A stretch of 64,000 bases of DNA from a virus: the IMG/VR virus record IMGVR_UViG_3300025450_000013. The stretch is one strand, 5' to 3'. The stretch's first letter is position 1. The number at the start of each line of letters is the position of its first letter. Shown in pieces: positions 38,101 through 47,515 of the stretch. The position numbers and the translations under genes were made by a program. The notes under the pieces were generated by a model that did no database searches, was not told the DNA's origin, and saw nothing but the letters and a program-made list of their open reading frames with translations.

Positions 38101-38747
38101 ACTTTCTTAGGCCTTCCTGGTTTTCTTGTTGGAACCTTAGGTGGTGATTTAGGTGGTAGTTTAGGTGGTAACTTACTATTACCTTTCTTTCTTCTAATTT
38201 CTCTATCATCTTCTTGGACACTGATAATAATAGTTGAACCTTCAGATGATACACCAGTTGATCCCATACCACCTGTGCGGTTGGTTTTAATACCTGGTCT
38301 TGCTGCGGATTCGGAAATAGAATACTCAATATCCTTGACCAACTCACCTTGTGCAATACGATCACCAGCATTGATTACAATCTGGTTCTGAGAAATGTTA
38401 TAGACAAGAACCATAACCTCATTGACATAATCGGAATCAATAACACCTTCAGCATTAGCAAGAACTAGACCTTGCTTCAGTGACGCTCCGGAGCGGGCGT
38501 GGAGGCGCACGGAGTAACCTTCTGGAATGTCAAAGATAAGTCCAGTTGGTACCATAACACGGTCACCTGGCTGAACAACAATCTGGTTATTCATAGGTCT
38601 TTTGAAGTTTTTATTATGATGACTATACCCTTCATAGGTATTATTGTAATACCCCTGGAAAGACAAGTCAAAACATGCTGACTGTGTGGTCTGCTTTGCT
38701 GGTAGTTTCACCTGTGGATGTAATCTAAAAAATTTCAATTGTGTCAT
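38097..38747 (-). CDS. dut: trimeric dUTPase with basic Pro-rich tail
   Basis: ARSG, GVIDSDY, GDRIAQ, R.GGMGSTG. Confidence 0.9.
   Translation of the reverse strand: MTQLKFFRLHPQVKLPAKQTTQSACFDLSFQGYYNNTYEGYSHHNKNFKRPMNNQIVVQPGDRVMVPTGLIFDIPEGYSVRLHARSGASLKQGLVLANAEGVIDSDYVNEVMVLVYNISQNQIVINAGDRIAQGELVKDIEYSISESAARPGIKTNRTGGMGSTGVSSEGSTIIISVQEDDREIRRKKGNSKLPPKLPPKSPPKVPTRKPGRPKKV
38137..38172. repeat. three 12-bp tandem repeats (TTAGGTGGTnnn)
   Basis: Encode LPPK/LPPK/SPPK in the dUTPase tail. Confidence 0.7.
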
Positions 38748-38761
38748 AATATACTCCAATA

Positions 38762-39184
38762 TTATTCTTGGTCTGGATATCTTTTCTTACCGAGAGAATA
38801 CTTGGCGACCAAGTTCCATTCAGGTTTCTCACTATAGGAGATAATTTTAATCCTATTTAGAGGTGTAAGTGGATCAGCACTCTTGTCTTTACTAACAAGA
38901 TTAACTAAACCCCATTCTGCTAAAAGGTTAGCAATAGTATTACGACGGCCCTTATCTTCCTCCGAGAAGTCAGTAGGTTTTCCGTCTAACATAAACATTT
39001 CTTTAAAATGAACTAAGTAGTATCTGCCTTGTTTATGTAGGATATGGCATGACTGATATAGTGTTTTATCCTTTTTGGATGCAACACCTATACGAGTCAA
39101 AGTTTCCTTCACTTTTAAGAAGGCTTGTGGATCAGGTAATCTTACCTCCACGAAGTCGTCTAGGTTTACTGTCATTTGTGCCAC
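38762..39184 (-). CDS. regA: RegA translational repressor
   Basis: FLKVKETLTRIG, LYQSCHILHKQGRYY.VHFKE. Confidence 0.95.
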   Translation of the reverse strand: MAQMTVNLDDFVEVRLPDPQAFLKVKETLTRIGVASKKDKTLYQSCHILHKQGRYYLVHFKEMFMLDGKPTDFSEEDKGRRNTIANLLAEWGLVNLVSKDKSADPLTPLNRIKIISYSEKPEWNLVAKYSLGKKRYPDQE

Positions 39185-39548
39185 CTTTGTGAATACGTTT
39201 TTTTATTTCTTCTATCTGGGCATCGTTCAGTAAAACCAGAACCTGTTTCGCTTTATCATAAGAATAACCATAATACTCTTTGACGGCCTCCAAGTTATCT
39301 GAGGTTTCACGTTTTACCCATTTACTGTAAGGTCTTTTATACCCACGGACAGTATTTAGGAGATATTGATATTGAAGAGTTCCAGGAAGATTGGGATACA
39401 AGTTCATCTGGTTGGCTTGTAAGGTGCAATCATAATGAAACGACAACGCCTTATTTATAATATATCCCTGGTAGTCCTTCTCATCCTCCAGAACGTATTT
39501 CTTGTTCTGGAGGATTGAAGGTATAATATCTTTGAATAGGTCAGCCAT
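39132..39548 (-). CDS. gp62: clamp loader small subunit gp62
   Basis: Y.INK.LS, YYGYS..KA; lies between gp44 and regA. Confidence 0.9.
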   Translation of the reverse strand: MADLFKDIIPSILQNKKYVLEDEKDYQGYIINKALSFHYDCTLQANQMNLYPNLPGTLQYQYLLNTVRGYKRPYSKWVKRETSDNLEAVKEYYGYSYDKAKQVLVLLNDAQIEEIKKRIHKGGTNDSKPRRLRGGKIT

Positions 39549-40483
39549 TACTTGACCTCACATTCCACCATCATTTCAGTTAGACAGGCCACTAGGTTCA
39601 ACTCTTGGTCTGCCACAAATGCTGCCTGATACTGATACTTGGCAAGGGTTATGACCGCAGCAGGAATGGATTCTGGTTTCAGATACTCATACAAACCATC
39701 ATACACATCACGGAAGATTTTTGCTGGATCAACATCAGAGTTATTTACAACCCACTTACGCATAGCACCAAAGTCTTTCTCCTTTAGTGCCTTGATAAGT
39801 TCTTCCAGTTTTCTTACATTGTCAACTTGAGCAAGAACACCAGCATCAATAGTTCCGCCAGAAGAATAACGTTGTATCTCGTTGAGAGTTCGGCGGTAAT
39901 CTGGGAAATACCGCGAAACAATCTTTCCCAAAACGTTGGCATCGTATTCAATTCCCTCTGTTACTAATATTGTTTTTAGTCTTTTGAACATCTCCATTGC
40001 CATCTTGGCCTTCTCATCACCTTTGAGTGAGAAGTCAACAACGGCACAACGAGAATGTAGAGCATCAATCAGCCTTGCCTTAAAGTTACAGGTGAAGATA
40101 AAGGAACAGTTGTCACTAAACTCCTCAATAGCCCCACGAAGTCCCGCCTGGGCCTCTGGTGTAAGATAATCAGCCTCATCAAGGATGATAACCTTACGAC
40201 CACCTGTAAGAGAGATGGTTGAGGCATAACCTTTGATCTTGGTTCTCAACATATCAATACCACGTTCATCAGAACTATTGATAAAGAGATGGTTGAGACC
40301 AAGTTCTTCACACATGGCCTTGGCGATGGTGGTCTTGCCGCAACCGGCAGGACCAGTTAGCATTAGGTTGGGTATGTTACCCTCTTTCACATAATCCTGA
40401 AATACCTTTTTGATACGATATGGCAGGATGGTGTCCTCGACCTTATGAGGACGATAGCGTTCGCATAACAAATATTCACTCAT
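39548..40483 (-). CDS. gp44: clamp loader large subunit gp44
   Basis: E.YRP, GPAGCGKTT, DEADY, LHSRC, FPD.RR. Confidence 0.95.
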   Translation of the reverse strand: MSEYLLCERYRPHKVEDTILPYRIKKVFQDYVKEGNIPNLMLTGPAGCGKTTIAKAMCEELGLNHLFINSSDERGIDMLRTKIKGYASTISLTGGRKVIILDEADYLTPEAQAGLRGAIEEFSDNCSFIFTCNFKARLIDALHSRCAVVDFSLKGDEKAKMAMEMFKRLKTILVTEGIEYDANVLGKIVSRYFPDYRRTLNEIQRYSSGGTIDAGVLAQVDNVRKLEELIKALKEKDFGAMRKWVVNNSDVDPAKIFRDVYDGLYEYLKPESIPAAVITLAKYQYQAAFVADQELNLVACLTEMMVECEVK

Positions 40484-40779
40484 TAAGATGCCGTCTTTTC
40501 CATAACAGTGGTGTAAAACTCTTCAAAGTCCGTATTCTCTTGAACCTCTTCTTTGAAGTTGGCACGGAAGTAGGCCCTTGACATACGGCGGAACAACTTC
40601 TTATCAATACCGAGTTTGTCGGCAACCTCATTCGTGGTTTCTTTTTGTAGTTCACGTTCGGCACCAACACGGGTCATGGAGTCATTCATCTCCATAACTG
40701 CCTTGCGGAGGATCTTACGATCTTCATCTGTAAGGCCTTGAACCGACCGTTGCTGCTGGTTATGTCCAATCATACTCAT
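40483..40779 (-). CDS. DsbA-like dsDNA-binding protein
   Basis: ~98-aa helical protein with LGIDKK.F....R.Y pattern as in T4 DsbA. Confidence 0.55.
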   Translation of the reverse strand: MSMIGHNQQQRSVQGLTDEDRKILRKAVMEMNDSMTRVGAERELQKETTNEVADKLGIDKKLFRRMSRAYFRANFKEEVQENTDFEEFYTTVMEKTAS

Positions 40780-40976
40780 TAGTCCACCTCAATAATCGCA
40801 CTAGGGTTAATACAAACATATCCATTTGCTGCTACAACGGCAACACCGCCGCCGTCTTTACATTTTTGGATATACAGTTCATGCAGAGAAACATTGTTAG
40901 CAATCACATAAACAAATGCCACAATGGTGGCACCTGTAAATGTCATTAACAGAACATCATAGATTTTCTTACTCAT
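40779..40976 (-). CDS. small membrane protein
   Basis: One TM segment, C..GG....C. Confidence 0.5.
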   Translation of the reverse strand: MSKKIYDVLLMTFTGATIVAFVYVIANNVSLHELYIQKCKDGGGVAVVAANGYVCINPSAIIEVD

Positions 40977-41632
40977 TATTTTGTTTCCTGAGCAATGAAG
41001 TATTTAAGATTACCTGCCTTGTTCACGAACTTGGCAAAGGCACCAATCTGTAGTTCCACATCATAGTCATCAGGAATGAGTTTTAGGTTCTCACTCTTGA
41101 AGGTTGCGATAAAGTCCTTACCAGCATAGTCACCAATCTTTGTAGAACCGTGGTTGGACGTGTCATTTGCTTTCTCGTGGATCTTTAGCAACAGAGATGC
41201 ATCCTTACCAACTACCGATAGGTGTGGAAGGTTGTTCATCGAGGCCAACTTTAGCAACCGTGAGATAGAAGCATTTAACAAGGTAAAAGATACATCAACA
41301 TTCTTGATTGATAGTTCCTTATCGGCAGGTGGTGTAATGATAAGATTAGGAGAACAAGGAAGATACGTCAAGGTAAAGTCACCTTCAGTCATAGACACGG
41401 AGTCGGTGCTAAATGTGATTTCAGGATTGCGTAAGGTTGTAATGTTACCTAGAAAGTTATTCAGATCATAGATGCCGAACTGTTGTGGGATATCATCTTC
41501 AAGAGTTGCCTCAAGGAGAATGGATCGTTCCGATGACATGGTCTTCTGAACCTTGCCAGGATTAAGAACAACACCGCTATTGATATTGGCAAAGTTCTTT
41601 AGAACCGTTAAGGTATTTTCACTAAACTTCAT
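40976..41632 (-). CDS. gp45: sliding clamp gp45
   Basis: MK.S..T..VLKNFA.IN, FGIYDL..FL, NLK.IP.DY.V. Confidence 0.95.
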   Translation of the reverse strand: MKFSENTLTVLKNFANINSGVVLNPGKVQKTMSSERSILLEATLEDDIPQQFGIYDLNNFLGNITTLRNPEITFSTDSVSMTEGDFTLTYLPCSPNLIITPPADKELSIKNVDVSFTLLNASISRLLKLASMNNLPHLSVVGKDASLLLKIHEKANDTSNHGSTKIGDYAGKDFIATFKSENLKLIPDDYDVELQIGAFAKFVNKAGNLKYFIAQETK

Positions 41633-41645
41633 ATTATACTCCTTA

Positions 41646-42245
41646 TCATATTGTCAAACTATAATATATACTAGCATCTTTATCGTTTTGTGTCAAGATG
41701 GTTTTTATATTTTCTTTTAGATCATTCACTGTTCCTTCATTGTGAATAATAAAATCTGGAACATAGTTATTCCATGCCGTCTCTGATATATGCATCTTGG
41801 AAAGTTCTTCTGGAGATGGGTCATCACCTCGTTTTACTCGGATAATCTTACCGCCGGCACTCCGAATAAAATCAATCTCATTAGGAAAACGAGTATCGGA
41901 TATAACCACATCTTGATATCCTTGTATGCGTTTCTCTAAGGCTGCAATCCAGATGTTATCTGCAATATTGTCTCGGCATGCCTCACTACCCATTTTTTGT
42001 AGAATAAGGCGAGGTGTAACCTCGTATCCAAGTTTATTAGACCACCAGGGGTCAACACGTTCACGAAAGGCCCGTGAAGCGTTACTATCACCTTCCAAAA
42101 GACCCCGTGGCCATACAAAGATGGAAGCCACGGCATCTTTTAGAGCATCGGCAAAGGCAAACTTTTTGTAACCATAATCTCTTTCGAGAATGTCACCTAC
42201 TGTGCCTTTGCCGGAACCAATGTAACCGACAACGCCGATTATCAC
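41646..42245 (-). CDS. gp1: deoxynucleoside monophosphate kinase gp1
   Basis: G.IGSGK.T, FAD.LKD, TPR..LQ..G.E, D.RFPNE, H.SE. Confidence 0.9.
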   Translation of the reverse strand: MIIGVVGYIGSGKGTVGDILERDYGYKKFAFADALKDAVASIFVWPRGLLEGDSNASRAFRERVDPWWSNKLGYEVTPRLILQKMGSEACRDNIADNIWIAALEKRIQGYQDVVISDTRFPNEIDFIRSAGGKIIRVKRGDDPSPEELSKMHISETAWNNYVPDFIIHNEGTVNDLKENIKTILTQNDKDASIYYSLTI

Positions 42246-43048
42246 CGCAAATTACCGCTCAATGCTGCTACTGCTGGAAGGTCACCCTGGAACCCATATG
42301 TACCAACGTGTGTTGTCTTCATCCATGGGCATAACCACACTTTAACACCGATAGCTCGGGCATTCTGACAGAACATATAGTCCTCAGAAAGGTAACGATG
42401 TGATTGTGGATCAATGACTGTATCAAAGAAAGCATGAATGTATCGTGAACCATCAAAGTTAGCTTGACCAACGTGGTCTGGCTTATAGTGAAGGTGTGGA
42501 TATTCTTCAGCATACTTATCAAATACTTCACGTTTCACCAACATAAATCCTGTACCAATCTCCATAACCTCAACTGGTTCAGTTACCTTGAATGATGTGG
42601 TACCTGGAACTGGGTTAAACACGAAGTCACCTGTAACACCGTCAAGCATACCAGGTTCAAACTCTTTATTATCCACATTCTTTTTTACAGCATTGACAAT
42701 GTTAGACCAGTTAATTGACTTCTTTGGATATGGACCACCGATGATTTCTTTATCCAAAGCCAATAAAGCAAGAATGTCCTGTGGATTAAACTGGATATCG
42801 GAGTCAATAAACAATAGATGGGTGCAACCTGAACGGAGGAACTCATCAACAAGGTAGTTTCGTGCCCTAGTAATAAGGGACTCATTAAAGATAAATGAGA
42901 ATCGGCATTCCATACCATATTGGATGCAGGTTGCTTGAAGGTCGAGACAGGCTTTAGCATACAAACCGAAGCATTGGCCTCCGTAGCACGGCGTGGCCAC
43001 AAATAATTTTTTTTGACGCAAGGATTCGGTTGAAATCTTAATTTCCAT
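42242..43048 (-). CDS. GT-A-like glycosyltransferase-related protein
   Basis: ATP.YGG, ESLITRARN, FIDSDI (DxD), GTGFML, YLSEDY.FC. Confidence 0.7.
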   Translation of the reverse strand: MEIKISTESLRQKKLFVATPCYGGQCFGLYAKACLDLQATCIQYGMECRFSFIFNESLITRARNYLVDEFLRSGCTHLLFIDSDIQFNPQDILALLALDKEIIGGPYPKKSINWSNIVNAVKKNVDNKEFEPGMLDGVTGDFVFNPVPGTTSFKVTEPVEVMEIGTGFMLVKREVFDKYAEEYPHLHYKPDHVGQANFDGSRYIHAFFDTVIDPQSHRYLSEDYMFCQNARAIGVKVWLCPWMKTTHVGTYGFQGDLPAVAALSGNLR

Positions 43049-43119
43049 AATGTTCTCCATAAACAAAAAGGGACGTGACAAGGTGCCACATCCCTATATA
43101 GCATACTTTTTAGAAAGTA

Positions 43120-43341
43120 TTACTGAGCAAGGCGATAGAAAGCGGTGCGCTTACCGTCAACATTGCGGTAGTTGGTGTAAATGTTGTAATACTCACGAAG
43201 GTCGGAAACTCGCTTACCAACGTTCTCACGAGGAACACGGGCCAACTTGGCGATTGAGTCCGCCGTGATACCTGGTGACTTCGTGTTCTTTAGAAGAACA
43301 TTTTCAATCTTCTCAATTTGTGTCTTACGTGGTGTAGCCAT
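43120..43341 (-). CDS. winged helix-turn-helix DNA-binding protein
   Basis: TADSIAKLARVPRENVGKRVSDLR HTH followed by a beta-wing. Confidence 0.65.
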   Translation of the reverse strand: MATPRKTQIEKIENVLLKNTKSPGITADSIAKLARVPRENVGKRVSDLREYYNIYTNYRNVDGKRTAFYRLAQ

Positions 43342-43380
43342 AATATATACTTCCTTTTTCATAGTTAAGTTTCGTCGTTT

Positions 43381-43452
43381 TGGAGCGGAGACTGTGTAAT
43401 CGAAACACAGATTCCAGGGGGGACCTGGGTAATACCTTTATACGATCTCCGC
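43381..43452 (-). tRNA. non-canonical tRNA-Gly-like RNA, copy B (truncated anticodon arm, 6-bp T-stem)
   Basis: GCGGAGA-TC-GTATAAAGGTATTAC-C-CAGG-TCCCC-CCTG-GAAT-CTGTGT-TTCGATT-ACACAG-TCTCCGC-T-CCA. Confidence 0.8.
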
Positions 43453-43486
43453 ATTTATACCCTGCTATAATACCGACGATTTTTAT

Positions 43487-43515
43487 ATTATAGCAAAGTA
43501 TTGGTGTTATGTCAA
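43487..43515 (-). promoter_or_regulatory. perfect sigma70 promoter for tRNA-like copy B and the HTH gene
   Basis: TTGACA-N17-TATAAT. Confidence 0.85.
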
Positions 43516-43538
43516 CAACTTTTTTTATCTCTTTAGAA

Positions 43539-43644
43539 GGATACAGGTTTACTACCGTCCGCATTATGATGGTGGCCATTCCAGAGCATAACCTATTTGG
43601 TTGGCAAGGTTCAGGGTGATCATTCCCCAAGCGAGCCTGTATCC
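43539..43644 (+). ncRNA. putative multibranch structured ncRNA
   Basis: 12-bp closing stem GGATACAGGTTT/GAGCCTGTATCC plus three internal hairpins; G-U pairs favour the + strand; followed by a + strand terminator. Confidence 0.5.
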
Positions 43645-43653
43645 ATCTAAGGA

Positions 43654-43685
43654 GACAGGGGAAAATCCCCTGTCATTTTTTTATT
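43654..43685 (+). terminator. intrinsic terminator (U-tract on + strand; may act bidirectionally)
   Basis: GACAGGGG-AAAAT-CCCCTGTC followed by ATTTTTTT. Confidence 0.7.
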
Positions 43686-44910
43686 AGAAAGTAGGACCAG
43701 AGGCGCCATTAGCACCAACGGCACCCGGATACTCAACTTCACCAGTAGCACCTGTAGCACCAACAACAGGATCGGCGGTTTCATCCACTTTACGATACAA
43801 CTCTAAAAAGGCATTTTTCGTATCAACGTCAAAACGGTTGAGGCACAATTCAATAGCCTTTACCTTGTTTTGGTTGAAGATGGAATATGCCTCGCAGATA
43901 TGGACAAGACGGCGGGTTGAGATGATTTCACTCAAAGCACCTTCAAAGAAGGACTTGCGGATAACATCTGCCCAAGTAACCAACTTGTCAACAAACTCCG
44001 TTGCGGTGATACCGGATGCTTGTAGAACATTGTTGAGGATTTTTGTCTCAACCTTAGCGGCAGGATATTCTTGTTCCATTGTAATGCTGAAACGCTCAAG
44101 GAACGCCTCATTCATAACATTGGTGCCGATAAAGCGGCCGTCATCAGAACCTTTGCCTTTAGTATTGGCAGTGGCAACAATGTTAAAACCTGACGCAGGG
44201 TGAACCACACGGTTAGTTTTTTTCAGATAGATTGCTTTACCTTCAAGCACCGGCTGGAGGCACATAAGTTTGTTGGAACCGAGGTCAACCTCGTCCAGTA
44301 ATAGTAAGGCACCGCGAGACATAGCAGTAATAACAGGACCGTCTTGCCATACGGTCTCGCCATTGATAAGACGGAAACCACCGATAAGGTCGTCCTCGTC
44401 GGTCTCAATTGTAATGTTGACACGGACACATTCTTTCTTTTCTTGGGCACATACTTGTTCCACCATCATAGTTTTACCGTTGCCAGAAAGGCCGGTGATA
44501 TATGTTGGATAGAACTTTTTGGATTTGATGATAGCACGGACGTCCGTGAAATGGCCGAACGGAACATAACCGAGTGCCTTTTCAGGAACAAGTGAAACCT
44601 CGGCGTTAGTAGAAACAACCGAAGGTGCCACCATAGCAACGGCCACGGCAGGCGCCGCTTTCGGAGTTGGTGCCTTAGGAGCCGGGGCAACTTTTTTAGC
44701 AACCTTTGGAGAAGCATCGGCGCCGTGTTCAGGAAGAGAATAGATACCACGACCAATCTTGCGGGATACGTCATTAAGTATCCAGTTAGGTTTATCAAGT
44801 CCGTATTTGTCGCAGATTTCCAGGACTTGCGGACGGGTGATTGAACGGATAGCACCAAACTCGAAACGGATTTTATCGAGGAACTCGGTGCGGTCAATCT
44901 TCTTAGCCAT
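43684..44910 (-). CDS. cobS: CobS/MoxR-like AAA+ ATPase
   Basis: GLSGNGKT, DLIGG, LLDEVD, TANTKG.G, AFLERF, STRRL; start at 44910 follows a GAAAGGA SD. Confidence 0.9.
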   Translation of the reverse strand: MAKKIDRTEFLDKIRFEFGAIRSITRPQVLEICDKYGLDKPNWILNDVSRKIGRGIYSLPEHGADASPKVAKKVAPAPKAPTPKAAPAVAVAMVAPSVVSTNAEVSLVPEKALGYVPFGHFTDVRAIIKSKKFYPTYITGLSGNGKTMMVEQVCAQEKKECVRVNITIETDEDDLIGGFRLINGETVWQDGPVITAMSRGALLLLDEVDLGSNKLMCLQPVLEGKAIYLKKTNRVVHPASGFNIVATANTKGKGSDDGRFIGTNVMNEAFLERFSITMEQEYPAAKVETKILNNVLQASGITATEFVDKLVTWADVIRKSFFEGALSEIISTRRLVHICEAYSIFNQNKVKAIELCLNRFDVDTKNAFLELYRKVDETADPVVGATGATGEVEYPGAVGANGASGPTF

Positions 44911-44946
44911 TAGAACTATTCCTTTCAGATTTCTCATTATATATGG

Positions 44947-44975
44947 ATTATAGCATACGGAATGGTAGGTGTCAA
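44947..44975 (-). promoter_or_regulatory. perfect sigma70 promoter
   Basis: TTGACA-N17-TATAAT. Confidence 0.85.
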
Positions 44976-44978
44976 CCA

Positions 44979-45284
44979 TTATTTTCGATTGTAAACACCG
45001 TTGTTTTTCTTAGACTTTTTCTTTGAGTATGCCTTCTTGATTTCCTCAGGGTATGTAAACAAGCACAGGTCGGCACTCGCACCTTCCCAAGGAACCCATC
45101 GTTTTACTGTGGCACGGTCATCTTGCTTATCATATTCATAACTTCCGTGTGTGTTCCACCACAAGTCAAACTTGTTTTTAGGGCGCCATATATCAATAAA
45201 TCGCCAATAGTTTGTATCATAGTTATCTTCCAACCATCCAGCATATCGACCATTATCTCGGTCAGGAGATTTATATTCTTTCAT
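44979..45284 (-). CDS. hypothetical protein
   Basis: Trp-rich ORF between the VWA and AAA genes. Confidence 0.55.
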   Translation of the reverse strand: MKEYKSPDRDNGRYAGWLEDNYDTNYWRFIDIWRPKNKFDLWWNTHGSYEYDKQDDRATVKRWVPWEGASADLCLFTYPEEIKKAYSKKKSKKNNGVYNRK

Positions 45285-47515
45285 TATGCTACCTTCTTTG
45301 CTTGTGTTGCGATACGGTCAACAAACTGACGGAGCAGAACTCGATTGACCGTCTTTTTCATGGCAAACTTGGAGAATGCCGCAGCCATTCGTTTTGGAGA
45401 CATTTTCTTTTCACCGCTATTGTCGATTTCCAGTTTGTTAGTATTATCGCCAATGGCATTAGAGTCAATAACATAGTATTCATCATAGCCGGCACTCTGA
45501 ACAGGATAGAACTTATTGTCCTGCCAGAACTTTTTAACTTTTGTATCTTTATCGGTATAACTCCAAAGGTTAAAGTCAGACATGAACCGTTTGAAGTTCC
45601 GCTCAAAGAGATAGAAACCAACAAGGTTACAACCGGTGCGGTCTTTTAGAATACGCAGGAGGACATTTGTATTGTTTTGCGTACCCATCCAACCCCAAGG
45701 CTCATAGTCATATGTCTTGCGGGTTACCGGATCAACATAGAAATACTTGCGGTTAGCAGACCGTTGCGTAGTGGTCATACCTGTAGTAGGAAGAGTTTCA
45801 TTCTTTACACCTTCACCACTGTCAGAACCACCGTCGGTCATAAAGATAGTATTGACGATTTCCAGTTTGTTCTTAGCACGGAAATCTTCAACCATCTTAG
45901 GAGCAATCATAATGGCCAGGTTCAGAGGTGTACCGCCGAGGCCGTCGCAACCGATATAGTTCCGACCAGAGGTATACCAAAGCATGGACATGGCGAAGTT
46001 AAGTTCCTGTGTATTCATACGGGATGATAAGAAGTTCCGCATAACCACGGCACCACCACCAATCACATTTTGCTGGTTCATATATGTGAATGGATTGTCT
46101 GCACCGCAATCCCTGAAAGCATATACCTCAAAAGGCACTCCGATTTGTTTACAGAATAAGCAAAGGGAGAATAGTTGCTTTAGAGTATTGCGGAGGTTAT
46201 ACTGCATAGAACCAGACCAATCAAGGAACATGATAAAGCCGTGGTTCTTGCCTTTTGGAATAACCGTCAGGCGGCGGAAGATATCATCATTATACTTGTA
46301 AGAATGGAGTTTGTTAGTATCAATAACACCAGTCTTGGCAATATTGATACGGGCATACATTTCAGCAGCCTTTTTAGCCTCAAACTCCTTGACCAAGAAA
46401 GAGATGGTTTCTTTCTCTTTCATTTTCCATTGCGTCATATCTTTCTGGCAAGCAAGGAAGGTAACGTTATCAAAATAACGGGTGGTCATTTCTTTGCGCC
46501 AGTCTTCAAGGACCATTTTGTAATCGTTTATGGCCTTGTCCCAATTTACTTGCGGCATATTGAGATAGATATAATGGCAGTTTTCGTCCTTTACGATATC
46601 TTGGGAACGTTTCTGCCACGTTTGATCCGTTTCAGACACAGGAACATTGTCAGGAACCTCGGTGTTTTGACCAGCACCGTCGCCTGATTTATTGGACTCA
46701 GCTTCAAGGTCGCCTTCGCCTTGGGTTACACCATTGGCCTTTTCTTCACTTTCACCGGAATCGGTTTCATCTTCATCCTGGCCTTGGCCTTCACCGTCAT
46801 CATCACTAGTATCACGGTTGTCATTGCCATCATAATCGGAGTAATCATCGCCTTCTCCTTCTTCGGACTCGCCTTCAACAAGGTCGATTTCCATTTCTTG
46901 CTGGTTTTCAAGTTTTTCTTTACAAAACTTGTAGATTTCCTCCGTGAGTGCAACAACCTCATCGAAAGTTTCCAGACCTTCGGCACGTTTTATGAATACA
47001 CGTTCCTCAGGTGAAAATTCTATATTCATATTTATATTGCCGCCTTTGAAATATACATTCATGCGGTCAATAAAATTCATGGTATTGATATCACGTTTAG
47101 CTGTGCCAAAGAAGTCACGTTCCATAAGTTCCTTGTAACCGATAAGATAGTTTTTACGGGAACCAGGATAGCGGCGTTTCTGGCGCTTATCAATACGAGC
47201 ATCCTCAACACAGTTAAGGAAACCTTTAACCGTTGATTGTAATTGTTCGGAAACTTTTTCATTAGGAAAAATACGTGCGGTGATATCCTCATATGCCTTT
47301 TTATATGTGTCGGCATCAGGAGTATCTAGAGCATGACCCGTCTCATGGACAATAAGGAGGTCCTGAAGATCATTAGAAATACCTTGCCACAAAGGAAGCA
47401 TAAGGACACGACCTTTGAGGTCGAACATTGCCGTTTTGATACCGGGAGTTTGTTGGACCGTGATATTTTCCGTGGCAAGGAGTTTTGCTAACAAAGAAGT
47501 TTGATTGCCTGACAT
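45284..47515 (-). CDS. CobT-like protein: HExxH metallopeptidase domain, acidic linker and VWA domain
   Basis: LAKLLATENI, HETGH, N.VEDARI, DWSGSM MIDAS, GTPL, TDG. Confidence 0.85.
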   Translation of the reverse strand: MSGNQTSLLAKLLATENITVQQTPGIKTAMFDLKGRVLMLPLWQGISNDLQDLLIVHETGHALDTPDADTYKKAYEDITARIFPNEKVSEQLQSTVKGFLNCVEDARIDKRQKRRYPGSRKNYLIGYKELMERDFFGTAKRDINTMNFIDRMNVYFKGGNINMNIEFSPEERVFIKRAEGLETFDEVVALTEEIYKFCKEKLENQQEMEIDLVEGESEEGEGDDYSDYDGNDNRDTSDDDGEGQGQDEDETDSGESEEKANGVTQGEGDLEAESNKSGDGAGQNTEVPDNVPVSETDQTWQKRSQDIVKDENCHYIYLNMPQVNWDKAINDYKMVLEDWRKEMTTRYFDNVTFLACQKDMTQWKMKEKETISFLVKEFEAKKAAEMYARINIAKTGVIDTNKLHSYKYNDDIFRRLTVIPKGKNHGFIMFLDWSGSMQYNLRNTLKQLFSLCLFCKQIGVPFEVYAFRDCGADNPFTYMNQQNVIGGGAVVMRNFLSSRMNTQELNFAMSMLWYTSGRNYIGCDGLGGTPLNLAIMIAPKMVEDFRAKNKLEIVNTIFMTDGGSDSGEGVKNETLPTTGMTTTQRSANRKYFYVDPVTRKTYDYEPWGWMGTQNNTNVLLRILKDRTGCNLVGFYLFERNFKRFMSDFNLWSYTDKDTKVKKFWQDNKFYPVQSAGYDEYYVIDSNAIGDNTNKLEIDNSGEKKMSPKRMAAAFSKFAMKKTVNRVLLRQFVDRIATQAKKVA

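Noticed and set aside
43325-43630. 101-aa minus-strand ORF
   Set aside because: It runs across the tRNA-like gene, a perfect promoter and the structured RNA, so it is probably spurious.
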